A stretch of 64,000 nucleotides of DNA from Bugula neritina (Eukaryota > Animalia > Bryozoa), in contig OZ037766.1 of assembly GCA_964035545.1 (NCBI GenBank), positions 1,426,001-1,490,000 of the forward strand. Reading direction: 5' to 3'. The notes below the pieces were generated by a model that saw nothing but the letters and a program-made list of their open reading frames with translations, searched no databases and was not told where the DNA came from. This document shows, piece after piece, positions 39,868-54,100 of this stretch. Each line of letters starts with the position of its first letter. The first letter of the stretch is position 1. The position numbers were made by a program, and so were the translations under genes.

Positions 39868-42800
39868 CTACAGTGCAATACATCTGTTTAACTTTCGCTC
39901 AGTAAAAAATCGGTGTGAATTCTGTTTAGCAGCTGTTCCTTCACTAGTAAAGAAACTTGATACTTTCCGCTTTTTAGATTTACCTCCCTCTGCTTCCTCA
40001 TCATCGTCCCTAAAGACAGTTATTAGGTGAAAAACCATCTTAACCATTTTACTAGCAGCATTAGTAGTGCCTGGTAACGTGGTAGTATTAGTGATGGTAG
40101 TATTAGTGATGGTAGTATTAGTGATGGTAGTATTAGTGATGGTAGTATTAGTGATGGTAGTATTAGTGATGGTAGTATTAGTGATGGTAGTATTAGTGAT
40201 GGTAGTATTAGTGATGGTAGTATTAGTGATGGTAGTATTAGTGATGGTAGTATTAGTGATGGTAGTACTGGTAGTAGCAACAGCAGTAGCAGTAGTGATA
40301 GTAGTAGTAGTAGCAGTAGTGAATTGTAATACAAACCACTTTACAACAGCCGCTTTTTCATCCAACAGTTTGCTTGCCGTTGACCAACTAAACCTGACAA
40401 TTTTTGAGAAGCCAAACACATGGTCAATATTGTTGGCTAAGAAATCTTTGGTTTTAGGATCTACAAAATAAAGTTAGCAGAATAGAATCGGTGGCCTTAC
40501 AATATAGTTCACGACAACAGACACATGACAAAACCCATGGCAATTATTTTTTAAAAGTAGTGCCAATAGTTTTGTGTGCAATGACCTTAAATTGCAGTTA
40601 TCTTCTTTTTATCCTTGGAAAGATAACTCTTAAATTATAAAAATTACCCTGACGAGGATAAAACTTCAAATATAGATGATGCAGTTTGGTTAACATCAAG
40701 ACATAACTTATACCACTTCAGGTGAAACAACCAGTGCAAGCTAACCTGATGTATAGCCACAGCCAAACCCATTTCTTCTGTCTACTTTCTCAGTGAACTT
40801 CCAGTCCTGCAATGCCTTGTCTCTAGCTACCTGCGGAGCGTATATTCAGTCCATATTACTCAGACTATACAGTATATAATACTCAGACTATATAATATAT
40901 ATTACTCAGACTATACAGTATATACTACTCAGACTATACAGTATATATTACTCAGACTATACAGTATATACTACTCAGACTATACAGTATATATTACTCA
41001 GACTATACAGTATATATTACTCAGACTATACAGTATATATTACTCAGACTATACAGTATATACTACTCAGACTATACAGAATATACTACTCAGACTATAC
41101 AGTATATAATACTCAGACTATACAGTATATACTACTCAGACTATACAGTATATATTACTCAGACTATACAGTATATAATACTCAGACTACACAGTATATA
41201 CTACTCAGACTATACAGAATATACTACTCAGACTATACAGTATATATTACTCAGACTATACAGCATATACTACTCAGACTATACAGTATATATTACTCAG
41301 ACTATACAGTATATATTACTCAGACTATACAGTATATATTACTCAGACTATACAGTATATATTACTCAGACTATACAGTATATACTACTCAGACTATACA
41401 GTATATACTACTCAGACTATACAGTATATATTACTCAGACTATACAGTATATATTACTCAGACTATACAGTATATATTACTCAGACTACACAGTACATAT
41501 TACTCAGACTATACAGAATATACTACTCAGACTATACAGTATATATTACTCAGACTATACAGTATATACTACTCAGACTATACAGTATATATTACTCAGA
41601 CTATACAGTATATATTACTCAGACTATACAGTATATATTACTCAGACTATACAGTATATATTACTCAGACTATACAGTATATATTACTCAGACTATACAG
41701 TATATATTACTCAGACTATACAGTATATATTACTCAGACTATACAGTATATACTACTCAGACTACACAGTATATATTACTCAGACTACACCTTGGCACAG
41801 ATACTGGCAGCGCTGACTATCGAGTATGTAGAGTCAGCTTTCTTGGCCACAGTAATATTTAAGTCGGGAAAGACGGACTTGAGTTTGCTCTGATACTTGA
41901 GAGGGTCGCCCACCGTGTCAAGGTAAACTTCCTTCACCCGCACACCCCTCTCTAGCACACTCCGAATGAGACCTATAGCTGTGTCGTGAGATATCTCGTT
42001 CAAGTTGTACTTTGTTCTGGAAATCATGAGCAAAAAATCAGCTAACGCCAAAACTTACGTTGCCAAATGAGGGCGTAGAGTGCTGTTTAAATGAAACACG
42101 TAGCTACACTTTGAGTGCTGACACACCTCTAATTATACTTTCCATCTAGAGATTCACATATTTATATATCAACCTAACATTTAAATGCAAAAGGGTGAGT
42201 GATACTATACAACTACATTGACACATGTCCTGCATTATTAACACCACCAAGAAGTTTAAACCTTGGTGTGGGAAAAGCAAGCCATCCTTTACACTATATT
42301 AAGTGAAATATAAACTTATTCCTAAATTATTGGCAAGCACAAAATTATTGGAGCAGAATTATTATATAACCAGTCATACAGAAAAATGAAGCAGTCTTGA
42401 ATTAAAAACCTCTCGACGCTACATATCATCAGCAGAAAATTTGTCTCGACTCAACTTGTAACAATAATCTAACATAATTAAACAAAACAGGCTTTTCGAG
42501 ATATAAACTGATTTCCTGTTGAAAATTACTTGTTTTGGAAAAACAACTCCTACAAATGTTCGAGAATTTGAGTTGTGGTATATATAGCTAAATAGTCTCA
42601 CCTGCGTAGCATGCAGGTAGACAAGTAGTTAAGTAGTCTTACCTGCGTAGCATGCAGGTAGACAAGTAGTTAAGTAGTCTTACCTGCGTAGCATGCAGGT
42701 AGACAAGTAGTTAAGTAGCCTTACCTGCGTAGCATGCAGGTAGACAAGTAGTGAAATAGTCTTACCTGCGTAGCATGCAGGTAGACAAGTAGCTAAATAG

Positions 42801-45008
42801 TCTTACCTGCGTAGCATGCAGGTAGACAAGTAGTGAAATAGTCTTACCTGCGTAGCATGCAGGTAGACAAGTAGCTAAATAGTCTTACCTGCGTAGCATG
42901 CAGGTAGACAAGTAGTGAAATAGTCTTACCTGCGTAGCATGCAGGTAGACAAGTAGCTAAATAGTCTTACCTGCGTAGCATGCAGGTAGACAAGTAGTGA
43001 GGAGAGAGCACATGCACCATCCACCCAATCTTCTCAGGGTTATCATTCAGATCATTAAACATACTGTCTCTTTGCTCCTCACTTAATGTCTTTGAATCTA
43101 ACAAGTAAAGTTTCACTCCTAAATGATGTTTTTGTGTTACAACACATATATATTCCCAGTGAGATTTCACTCAATCTCTGCTGGGGTCAAACAACTCCCA
43201 GATCGCAAATTTTTAGACAATCTCAGTAAATAGGTTTTATACAGCAGAGGGGGCAGAAGAATGAAAATGTGTCTTGCAGTCTAGCTGTATGTATGGCAGC
43301 AGAAGGCATCTTTGACTTATTTTTATTTCAAGACGGCAGATGTAGAATTTTAACATCTTCAATCTTTAAGGCTTGTGTTTTTCATTTAGCATAGAAGGCA
43401 CAATTTTCAGTTAATTTTAGTTAGTATATAGAGCACAATTTTTATTTGACATACAGACAGACAGACAGGCTGACTTATCTAAAAGTTTAACCAGTGCTAA
43501 ATTTCGACCCTCATTATGAGAGTGAACAATCCCAGGCCTATCGATACATATAAAGATTACACCATGTTTATAACTGACTGACTAGTTGACTCTCCATAAT
43601 AATAACAGGCGAGATCAATTTCTGATCACTAATTTTTTGCTTACACATTCTCCTCCATTCAGCTGTACGCACATCAATTGTTTATGGCCTAAGTCTCTGT
43701 GAAGAAGCTGAATGCTGAGGGGAGGGCTTGCTCTAAGACCTTGAAACATTTCACTAATGTAGCCTGTGAGCATGCTTACCTGCAAACCCCATAGTCTTCA
43801 AGTCATCTTTGTTTGAGATTGGACTGTAGGCTATGCCATAAACCATAGGCCCTGCAAGCCAAATGGTAAAAAGGGCTTTAATTTCAGCATATGGTGTACA
43901 CACAACTAAATATATAAAATCCCCAGTCAAAATCATACTGGTTGTTAATGAATTTTCAGCATTCTAGTTCATTGTTGTAAATATAAATCAGTGTTGCTTT
44001 CCTCAATAGCATAACTGCCAAGGAATGTATTAGTAACCCCTGAGCTGGTCATGGCAAACTAATACAAAACAAATTAAAATATAACACATATAGTCATAAA
44101 TTTAGGCAAAGTTCACTAGAATTTCTCTGCTAGTGAAAGAAAACAGAAACACTAATAATTATTAATAGGCTTATCATAAGACAAGGTCGTTTTAATCCGA
44201 AAATGGAATTGCATATACTTGGTAACTTGGTTTAGGAGAACCAATAAACCATTCTTATTCTATTATATCTATATTTAGTATAACTCAACTGTTTCATCTT
44301 CTTAGCACAAACTGCACCGTTTGGCGTTTGAAAATAATCACATACCGCAATACACCTACCCTTACTTTTAGCCTTACAGTTACACCAACTAAAATAGCTT
44401 TAGCGTTCATGTTATCAGTTGTAACGCTAACTTAGTCTTCAGCTACTTACTAGTTACACTTACTGACTTAGTCTTACTACTACTGCTAATACTAACTACT
44501 AAGTCTAATCAAAACGTGTAATACTAATAGCAATACTAATACTAATAGTAATACTAAAAGTAAAATTTAAAGTAAACCTGAGAGTAAATTACAACTTACA
44601 ATAAATATAATACTTCAGTAACTACAACAACATCTCTTGACTCTTAGAGTCACTCTAAAAGTAAGAGTAAGACTTTGCTAATTAAATTACATTTTTAAAA
44701 TCAATTTTTAGTTTGATTTACTTTTAGTTTTTCTAAGTTTTAGTGATTTAGTTTTACTTTTAGTTTTACTGTTAGTGTTTTAAACTGTTTTAGTTGAAAT
44801 TTTACTAACCTAAAACAGGCCCTCTACCTGCTTCATCTATTCCTACCCAACAATCATTTTCTTGTGTTATAGAATTAGTATCTGATCCCGTGATAAAATT
44901 TAACGTATTGTTTTCTATATATTCAGAAATGTTTATATTACTACAACATTTGTATGTTTCTTGGGGTGAAACATTTTTCCGCTTCTCAGCTTTTGATTTA
45001 CCCGCCAT
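39868..45008 (-). CDS. RNASEH2A: Ribonuclease H2 catalytic subunit A
   Basis: [95 protein letters not shown]. Confidence 0.95.
40081..40320. repeat. 15-bp minisatellite plus (TAG)n in last RNASEH2A intron
   Basis: Unit GGTAGTATTAGTGAT; source of the TITNT and VVLVM ORFs. Confidence 0.93.
40853..41790. repeat. 23-bp minisatellite filling RNASEH2A intron 40831-41790
   Basis: Unit TATTACTCAGACTATACAGTATA, about 41 copies. Confidence 0.95.
42587..42997. repeat. 41-bp tandem repeat (10 copies) made of RNASEH2A exon end plus donor
   Basis: CCTGCGTAGCATGCAGGTAGACAAGTAG every 41 bp from 42601 to 42970. Confidence 0.95.
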
Positions 45009-45153
45009 ATTTGTATGAATTCAGTCTATACAAAGTGAGCTCTCTTCGTTGTATTAACAATGTCACGATAGGTAAAGCAAAAGTTTTCACGAAGAAAAGA
45101 ACTTAAGCTATGCTATTTTGTGACCTCAAGGATGTTCTGTCACCAATTTCATT

Positions 45154-48100
45154 ATGGCACCAAAAAAGAAAAACCATGTGCAGCAAGCCTCTGCTGATTC
45201 TACTCAAGCTGTCGAACGAAAACTGAGATATGTATACGGTATGTGTTCATTAAATGTATGCAGAGACAAATGAACTACAATGGTAAAGTAAATAAATTTT
45301 TAAGTTTAGTAAATACTAACACTAACAATAACTTTTAGTTTTAGTTTTCACTTTCCAATTTTTATTTTATAAATTTATTCTTATTTTCATTTTGAACTCA
45401 ATTTGAAGTGGAAATTAATTTAAATTGTATAAGAAATTATTTTAATTCATGATAACATATATTCATAACAATGTTAATAATTAGTATTATTAAGTAGGTT
45501 TATTATATTGATTTTAAAATTAATAAATGATAACTTGTTACTATTACTATTAGTATTAGTATTACTATTAGTATTACTATTAGTATTACTATTGGTATTA
45601 GTATTAGTAATATTATTAGTATTACTATTAGTATTACTATTAGCCATTACATTAGCCTTAGGTGTTAGTGTTACTGTTACACTTATAGTTATGAGACTGA
45701 GTTATAGTTATACTAATAGTTATACATATAATTATATTAAATTTAAGAGTAATCATTATAATTTGAATTTCGTCTTTGACTTTCAGTTTGGGCTTAGCCT
45801 TGAGGTTTAGGGTTAGAATAACTGTAAGTTACTAAGTATAACTATAAGTATAAGATTAAGTATAACTGTGAGTATAACTATAAGTAATATTTAATTTTAT
45901 CATTGTGTATGTTAAATAATTTGATCATTTGTTAAGAAGTCAAAGGATTAAATTTAAAGTTTAATCCTTTCATTTTGATTTGGACTCGAATTATTCAATT
46001 TAGGTTGTAGTCTATAGGCCAATTTAAAAAAACTAATGATGTTTTGCAATCCAGTTTACTGCTTTTAGTTCTTGGTCTGACATGGTGGTTTTTCATTACT
46101 CTGTGAAAAAATTCATCTCAAATGTTTTCTATGTCTCTGTTTTAAACATCAATAAAGTGCATTGATAAAATTTCCTTGTTAAAGAGTTTTTTCGGGAACT
46201 TATTGAATTTTGTGTTTCAGACCTTCTTGATTTTGGGAATTACAAAAAGGCTTTGCAAGAAGCAGAAAAAGTTTTAAAGAAACATCCTAACTCCAACAGT
46301 GCCAAGGTAATTGATGAGTATTAATTCAAAGTGCCAACTTTTTAGATGAGCACGCGTTACTGCAGTGAATTGAACCAGGAAATAGAGGTCTGGAAGAGAA
46401 AGCATTAGTGACTGACTGCACTCTATTCAGAACAAACATGAAACTTCTACAGAATGAAGTTGATATCTTTTCTCTTTTAATATCAGTTGTTTGTTTAGTC
46501 TGCACCTATGGGATCTGGCGTATTTATAAAATGTCTTTAGTTCTCATTTGGATAACAAGATTGAAGGTAGTATGCTTTAGCAATGTTCCACAGTTTCTCA
46601 ATTTTTTATGTAGGTGCAAAACCAAGGAATTTTATTAGCTTCAGTTCTTCAAGTTTTTCTAATAAGCTTTTCAGAATATGCCTTTTCATTCTTTTTCTAC
46701 ATGTATGTCTTCTTTATATAGAACACAGGCTTTTCTCAATTTCTTCATTACTGCATCTACCTGATTGTAATTTGTATATTTCTTTTTGGATGGGCTCACC
46801 ATTATTGTAGAGTGTGAGTCAGTAATGTAGAGTCACTATGTAAGTTTGTTGCTATGGACTTTTTTGTAAGACAAATTAATATTCCTTGTTACTAAACAAC
46901 ATTTTCTCAGTATCTTTGCTTTAATAGAAAGTCAAGCTGTTTCCTGTTACTTACAGTCATTAAAGGGGTTGTCACTGATCAGACTCGGGCGTGTGCGGGA
47001 AGGATATGACATCATCAAGGAAGTTCACGACACAAAACCAGCTGATGAGTCAACACTGCAGGTGCTCACTGTTTGTTACAAGGAACTGAATAAGTGTAAG
47101 TGTTATCCTTACTCCTACTTACCCCTACTTACTCCTACTTACTCTCTACTTACTCTCTACTTACTCCTACTTACTCCTACTTACTCCTACTTACTCCTAC
47201 TTACTCCTACTTACTCCTACTTACTCTCTACTTACTCTCTACTTGCTCCTACTTGCTCCTACTTACTCTCTACTTACTCCTACTTACTCCTACTTACTAC
47301 TACTTACTACTACTTACTCCTACTTACTCCTACTTACTACTACTTACTCCTACTTACCCTTACACTCTAACAGTAAACATTTTAGATGTGGAGTTATTCT
47401 GTGTACTGAATAATGAAAAACACACTTTTCTAGTTTGTATGCTTTAGTATTAAAGTTTTTCAAAAGCATCTACTATGTATCTACTCTATATCTACTCTAT
47501 ATCTACTCTATATCTACTCTATATATACTGTGTATCTATTAGATATCTACTCTATATATACTGTATCTATTAGATATCTACTATATACATCTACTGCAGT
47601 ATGGCTAATAGCTGAGTTGTACGAGAATGCCGTGGAGCAGTCCGCAGACAATGAAGAATACCTCTCACACCTCTTCATGGCTCACGTCAGACTCGGCAAC
47701 TACAAGAAGCAGCACCAGACGGCCGTTAAACTCCACAAACTGAAGCCGGACAACAACCCGTACTATTACTGGAGCATCATGAGCCTTATTCTCCAGGTAT
47801 GCTCTACTTTATTCTCCAGGTACGCTCTGCTTTATTCTCCAGGTATGCTCTGCTTTATTCTCCAGGTATGCTCTGCTTTATTCTCCAGGTACGCTCTGCT
47901 TTATTCTCCAGGTACGCTCTGCTTTATTCTCCAGGTATGCTCTGCTTTATTCTCTAGGTACGCCTTGCACTGCGGGATATCTATTCTGCAGATATACCCT
48001 GAGCTATAAATACTAGTGGAAATGGTTATTCTGCAGATATACTTTGCAGTGTGAGAGTTTTCTGCAGATATACCCTTCACAGTGTATAGAAGTGTAGATC

Positions 48101-51100
48101 TATGTAAAAGCATGCTCCTGTTCTATTCTACATCACAATGTCGTTTCTCGTCAATCAGCACTTGACGAAAGACCGCAACTTTGTTGGGGGAGAGAATCAG
48201 ACTAGATACTGTGTTCCCTTCTGATTAGGGGGAGAGAATCAGACTAGATACTGTGTTCCCTTCTGATTAGGGGGAGAGAATCAGACTAGATACTGTGTTC
48301 CCTTCTGATTAGGGGGAGAGAATCAGACTAGATACTGTGTTCCCTTCTGGTTAGGGGGAGAGAATCAGACTAGATACTGTGTTCCCTTCTGATTAGGGGG
48401 AGAGAATCAGACTAGATACTGTGTTCCCTTCTGATTAGGGGGAGAGAATCAGACTAGATACTGTGTTCCCTTCTGATAGGGGGAGAGAATCAGACTAGAT
48501 ACTGTGTTCCCTTCTGATTAGGGGGAGAGAATCAGACTAATGTATTCTCTTCTGATTTCAGGCGAAGGAAGCAGATCCTAAGTTGGCTGCGTCTATGTTG
48601 CTTCCACTGGCTGAAAAGATGGCTCGTACTAATCGTACTAAACTAGCGTCTTTAGAGCTCAATGCAGGTATGCTATACTGTAGAGGTTGTGTTACTATAC
48701 TGTAGAGGTTGTGTTACTTTACTGTAGAGATTGTGTTACTATACTGTAGAGGTTGTGTTGCTATACTGTAGAGGTTGTGTTACTATACTGTAGAGGTTGT
48801 GTTACTGTACTGTAGAGGTTGTGTTACTGTACTGTAGAGGTTGTGTTACTATACTGTAGAGGTTGTGTTACTTTACTGTAGAGATTGTGTTACTATACTG
48901 TAGAGGTTGTGTTGCTATACTGTAGAGGTTGTGTTACTATACTGTAGAGGTTGTGTTACTGTACTGTAGAGGTTGTGTTACTGTACTGTAGAGGTTGTGT
49001 TACTATACTGTAGAGGTTGTGTTACTGTACTGTAGAGGTTGTGTTACTATACTGTAGAGGTTGTGTTACTATACTGTAGAGGTTGTGTTACTATACTGTA
49101 GAGGTTGTGTTACTGTACTGTAGAGGTTGTGTTACTATACTGTAGAGGTTGTGTTACTATACTGTAGAGGTTGTGTTACTATACTGTAGAGGTTGTGTAC
49201 TGTACTGTAGAGGTTGTGTTGCTGTACTGTAGAGGTTGTGTTACTGTGTCTGACGCTGGAGAAGCAGGGGAAGTTCGTCGAGTCTCTGGAGGTGTTGAGG
49301 AGTGACAGAGGCAGCAACCTGATGATAGACAGCATCTTCAAGCAGCAGAGGGTGGCCGAGCTGCTCATCTCTGTTGGCAAAGTGAACGAAGCCATTGACC
49401 TCTACAAGCATCTCATCTTAGAGAGGTAAGAAATAGCGTTTGCCAAATCGTGGCTCGTGTGTTATGTTGAGTGTTCTGTCATCTGACACCGTTTGTAAAA
49501 CTGGAAATATTTGCTGAATTCACGGCACCAGGAATATACGGCAGCGGTGAGTTGCTGTCTTGTCAGCGTGTTATGTCAGACTGAACGAGACTCTAATGTT
49601 ACCTTATTTAGGCATATTTATTTCCCTAGAATATATATTTACAAGCACTGTGTTGTTTGCATTACAAGCTGTCTAATCTTATAAGAGACGACACTGTATC
49701 TGTCTGCAGTGTCTATTTACTCTCCACTTATAGACCAGACAACTGGCTGTTCTACACCAGCTACATCTCCACTAGTCTCCAACTCATTGACTCGTCTGCA
49801 CACAATGGTCTAACTGACCAATCAGATGCTGCCAACTCATCTAAAGAAACGAATGACTCATCTTCGCATCTAAACAATCACAGGTTGGCTTATTTCTATT
49901 TCACACTTTATAAATGTTAGTAGTTATAGTGTAGTCTGTATAGTGTGAACTTAAGACAACCATATGGTCTGTATAGTCTGTATAGCGTAGTCTGTTGAAT
50001 GAAATTATTATTTAGGTTCATAGTTGACTAGGTTTAGAAAGAATACCTTCCACTAACATCTGATTTTCTTCTCCCCTTTAGCTCTGAGGATATCACAGTT
50101 GAGGGTCTAGTCTCATTTCTACGGAAGAATAGTGAAGAGAACATGACTCTAGACAAGCCCCAACGAGCCCCTCTGCTAGCTGTGCTGGAGATACTGTACA
50201 CACTTAGAGGTAGAGGTAAAGGGGAAGTGGAAGACTGTGGTAAGTTTCTACTACACACACCAACACTTTTGTTTTACTGCAGTACGGCTGTATAGTTTTG
50301 CCTGTCTGCCAGTCATACTTTGATTTATTATATTTTACTGTCGGCCATGTTTTACTCTCACAACTTCCTGTACGCTAATCTCAATAACTTGGCTTGTCAG
50401 CTGCTGGTACCTGCAATAACTAAGGGGAAAGCAACTCCCATGAAAATTAGTATTTATTTGCCATTTGTACTGCTGCTTTCACTAAGCAGTTTCTGTAATA
50501 CTGTCAGCTGAAGGCGTGTTTACTGTCAGCTAAAGGTGTGTGTGCTGTCAGCTAGAGGTATGTTTGCTGTCAGCTGAAGGCGTGTTTACTGCCGTTACAG
50601 ATGAACAGCTGCTCACCAATATCTTGAAGTACTGTCAAATGTTTGGCAACAAGCCATGCTGTTACAAAGATCTCTTCAAGTACTTTGACACGCTGCTCAG
50701 TATCTACCCTGCAGAAGAATTGCTAGACAAGGTGTGGACATCATTGGAGGTTGGAACTGACGGAATCAGTAATAATTGCGTGCTCCATTGTAGCGATGTG
50801 AGTATAGACATAGTAGGTGTTGACATAGTAGGTGTTGACATAGTACGTGTTGACATAGTACGTGTTGACATAGTACGTGTTGACATAGTACGTGTTGACA
50901 TAGTCTGATACGTGTTCCATAGGTTCCATAGATAATTTGGTTCTTCTTTTTCTATCTGCTGTGTAATATCTGCCTCTCTCTACTCTCTACTTGTACTACT
51001 TGTACTACAGACTAAAAGTATGCAGAGACATATATTATACAACCAACTGGAGAGGTTGAGTGGTATTCAAAGACATCTAGACTCTAAAGCAAAGATATCT

Positions 51101-54100
51101 AAGGCTAGAGATTTGTACACACAGTTTATCACAGCCTCTTCTACAGGTACCTGGTTACTATGGTTACCGTATACATTTCCTTTCTTAGTTTTTTTGTCAC
51201 ATGGAGCCCTGTATAAATAACTCATTGCTAATAGTTGCCATTTGCGTTGGTCTTTACTAAGTTTTCCTCCAACATATAAATGGGGAATATATGCATGTAG
51301 TATGTAGAGGCGGTGTGCGTTTCACATTATACTGTAAGAAGTAAGATTAAAAACAGCTGTTCTACTCTCTCTGTTAGCAACTATATATATCATGTTGATG
51401 CAGTGGAGAAGGGGGTGCTGAGTACAGAGCTGAAGATATGTGGGGGTTACCTGCTCCTGGCAGCTCACCATCTCATAGATGTGTACGAGGAGACGGGAGA
51501 AGATAACTTGTTAGTTGAGTGTCTCGCCTGGCTGGAGGAGGGGGTGAAGTGTAACCCCGCTAATCACGGCTTCACGTTACTTCTGCTCTACCTCTACACG
51601 TCAATAGGTACTTATTCACCGACATATAGATTATAGATAGTAATCTGTACTTCTGATTTACCTATCTTATTTACATGTTTAACTCCTCTTTTCTTAATTT
51701 ACTTATTTTATTGCTGTATTAGCCACGTCTCTACTGTATTCTACACTTTGCAGGTGCCTATGGTCCCGTCCCGCAGCTTGTCCATCAAATGGAAATCAAG
51801 CAAATTCTCTACGACTCCATGGGGTGAGATCTAGAACTGGGTCTATATTTAGAACTGAGTATATATTTAGAATTGGGTCTATATTTAGAATATCGTTGCT
51901 CGCCTGCAGGTCATAAGAAGTGTTCAAATTATACACTGTGTTTGTGTTGGGTTTAACTGTGAGATATTTGTATACACAGCCACCTGTACAGCACACAAGC
52001 CATGGCGTACGGCTATTTCTCCTCTGCCTCTCTCCTCTACGACCAGATGCTGAAGTACTTCCACTCTGCCAACAGAGAAATTTCTGACGCTCTTATCCAG
52101 TGCTACAAGTTCGGCACTTTCTCCAAGGTAACTCATACTCTGCGTATGTCATACTCTGTGTATGTCATACTCTGTCAGTCAGTAACTCACTCTCTCACAG
52201 TTAGTAACTCACTCACTCTCAGTCTGGCAATTAATAAGCCATACTAGTAACTTATGCCAGTTAGTTAGTAACACTCTTTCAATTATCAAGCATTCTTTCA
52301 GTGTCAGTGTTTCTAACTCAAACTTGTTTGAGCAAGTAATTCTACTGAGTAGAATATTGTTTCAAGTGTAAAACTTAAATTAAACCTTGTTGAATGATTC
52401 CAATGGTGTGATTTATTATGTTTAGCTTCATCCCTATGACCCTTTATATACTAATATATATACTATGTTGTGAGAAGTTCATAAGTATGTAGCCTGAGTA
52501 ACACCTTAGGGCTTAGTGTGAGTAACTGTGTAGTCTGAGTAACTGTATAGTCTGAGTAACTGTATAGTCTGAGTAACTGTATAGTCTGAGTAACTGTATA
52601 GTCTGAGTAACTGTATAGTCTGAGTAACTGTATAGTCTGAGTAACTGTATAGTCTGAGTAACTGTATAATCTGAATAACTGTATAGTCTGAGTAACTGTA
52701 TAGTCTGAGTAACTGTATAGTCTGAGTAACTGTATAGTCTGAGTAACTGTATAGTGTGAGTAACTGTGTAGTCTGAGTAACTGTGTAGTCTGAGTAACTG
52801 TGTAGCCTGAGTAACTGTATAGCCTGAGTAACTGTATAGTCTGAGTAACTGTATAGTCTGAGTAACTGTATAGTCTGAGTAACTGTATAGTCTGAGTAAC
52901 TGTATAGTCTGAGTAACTGAATAGTCTGAATAACTGTATAGTCTGAGTAACTGTATAGTCTGAATAACTGTATAGTCTGAGTAACTGAATAGTCTGAGTA
53001 ACTGTATAGTCTGAGTAACTGTATAGTCTGAGTAACTGTATAGTCTGAGTAACTGTATAGTCTGAATAACTGTATAGTCTGAGTAACTGTATAGTCTGAG
53101 TAACTGTATAGTCTGAGTAACTGTATAGTCTGAGTAACTGTATAGTCTGAGTAACTGTTCAGGTGGAGGAGTTTGGGGAGTTCCAGAAAAGAGTCCCCAA
53201 CTCTGTGCAGTATGCTTTGGCTGTAAACGAGAAACAAATTCTAGACATGATAGTGGACTGTAAGAGTTACGATACCCTGGCCTACACCATCACATGCATG
53301 GAGAACATCCCCGAGCTGGGTGAGTCACACGTGTCAAGGTCATTGAGTCGTTGTAACTTGTTGTTGTCTTCCCCTACCTTCCTCTATTCTACACTGAAGG
53401 ATTTTGTATCATTAATTTCTTATTCAGGCTTTCCCTAGTTTCATAGCAACAGTTTAATAAGAGTATGAATAAGCCAAACTAACTGCTAATTAGTAATAAC
53501 AAAATAATCTAGTTATAGTAAAGTAAAAATTATTTTTAAATTATTTAAAGTTGAACTTGGAGACACCAGAACTGGCAGTTTTATTCTTCTAACCAGCTCT
53601 GTGTGTTAGTCTGTTGTGTAGACAGTGTATTGCCTTGTTCCTTGTAGATACAATAGTCTGGGATGACTTGAGGGATAATAGGGAGTTGTCTGTCTCCGAT
53701 CACTGGGATCAGCTGACCTTCACCTCAGCCAATCAGCTCGCAACTTTTGAAGAGCAGGTGTGTTCCCATTTTACCACAGTGTTTGTGACAGGCAGTAGTA
53801 ATTGGTTACTAGTCGAAGTAGTAAACAGTTACTAGTAGAAGTAGTAAATAGTTACTAGTAGAAGTAGTAAACAGTTACTAGTAGAAGTAATAAACAGTTA
53901 CTAGTAGAAGTAGTAAACGGTTACTAGTAGAAGCAGTAAACAGTTACTAGTAGAAGTAGTAAACAGTTACTAGTAGAAGTAGTAAAACAGTTACTAGTAG
54001 AAGTAGTAAACAGTTACTAGTAGAAGTAGTAAACAGTTACTAGTAGAAGTAGTAAACAGTTACTAGTAGAAGTAGTAAACGGTTACTAATAGAAGTAATA

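Noticed and set aside
42587-42997. CRISPR-like look of palindromic direct repeats (also 48186-48560)
   Set aside because: No unique spacers, no cas genes, eukaryotic intron context; the unit derives from the host exon.
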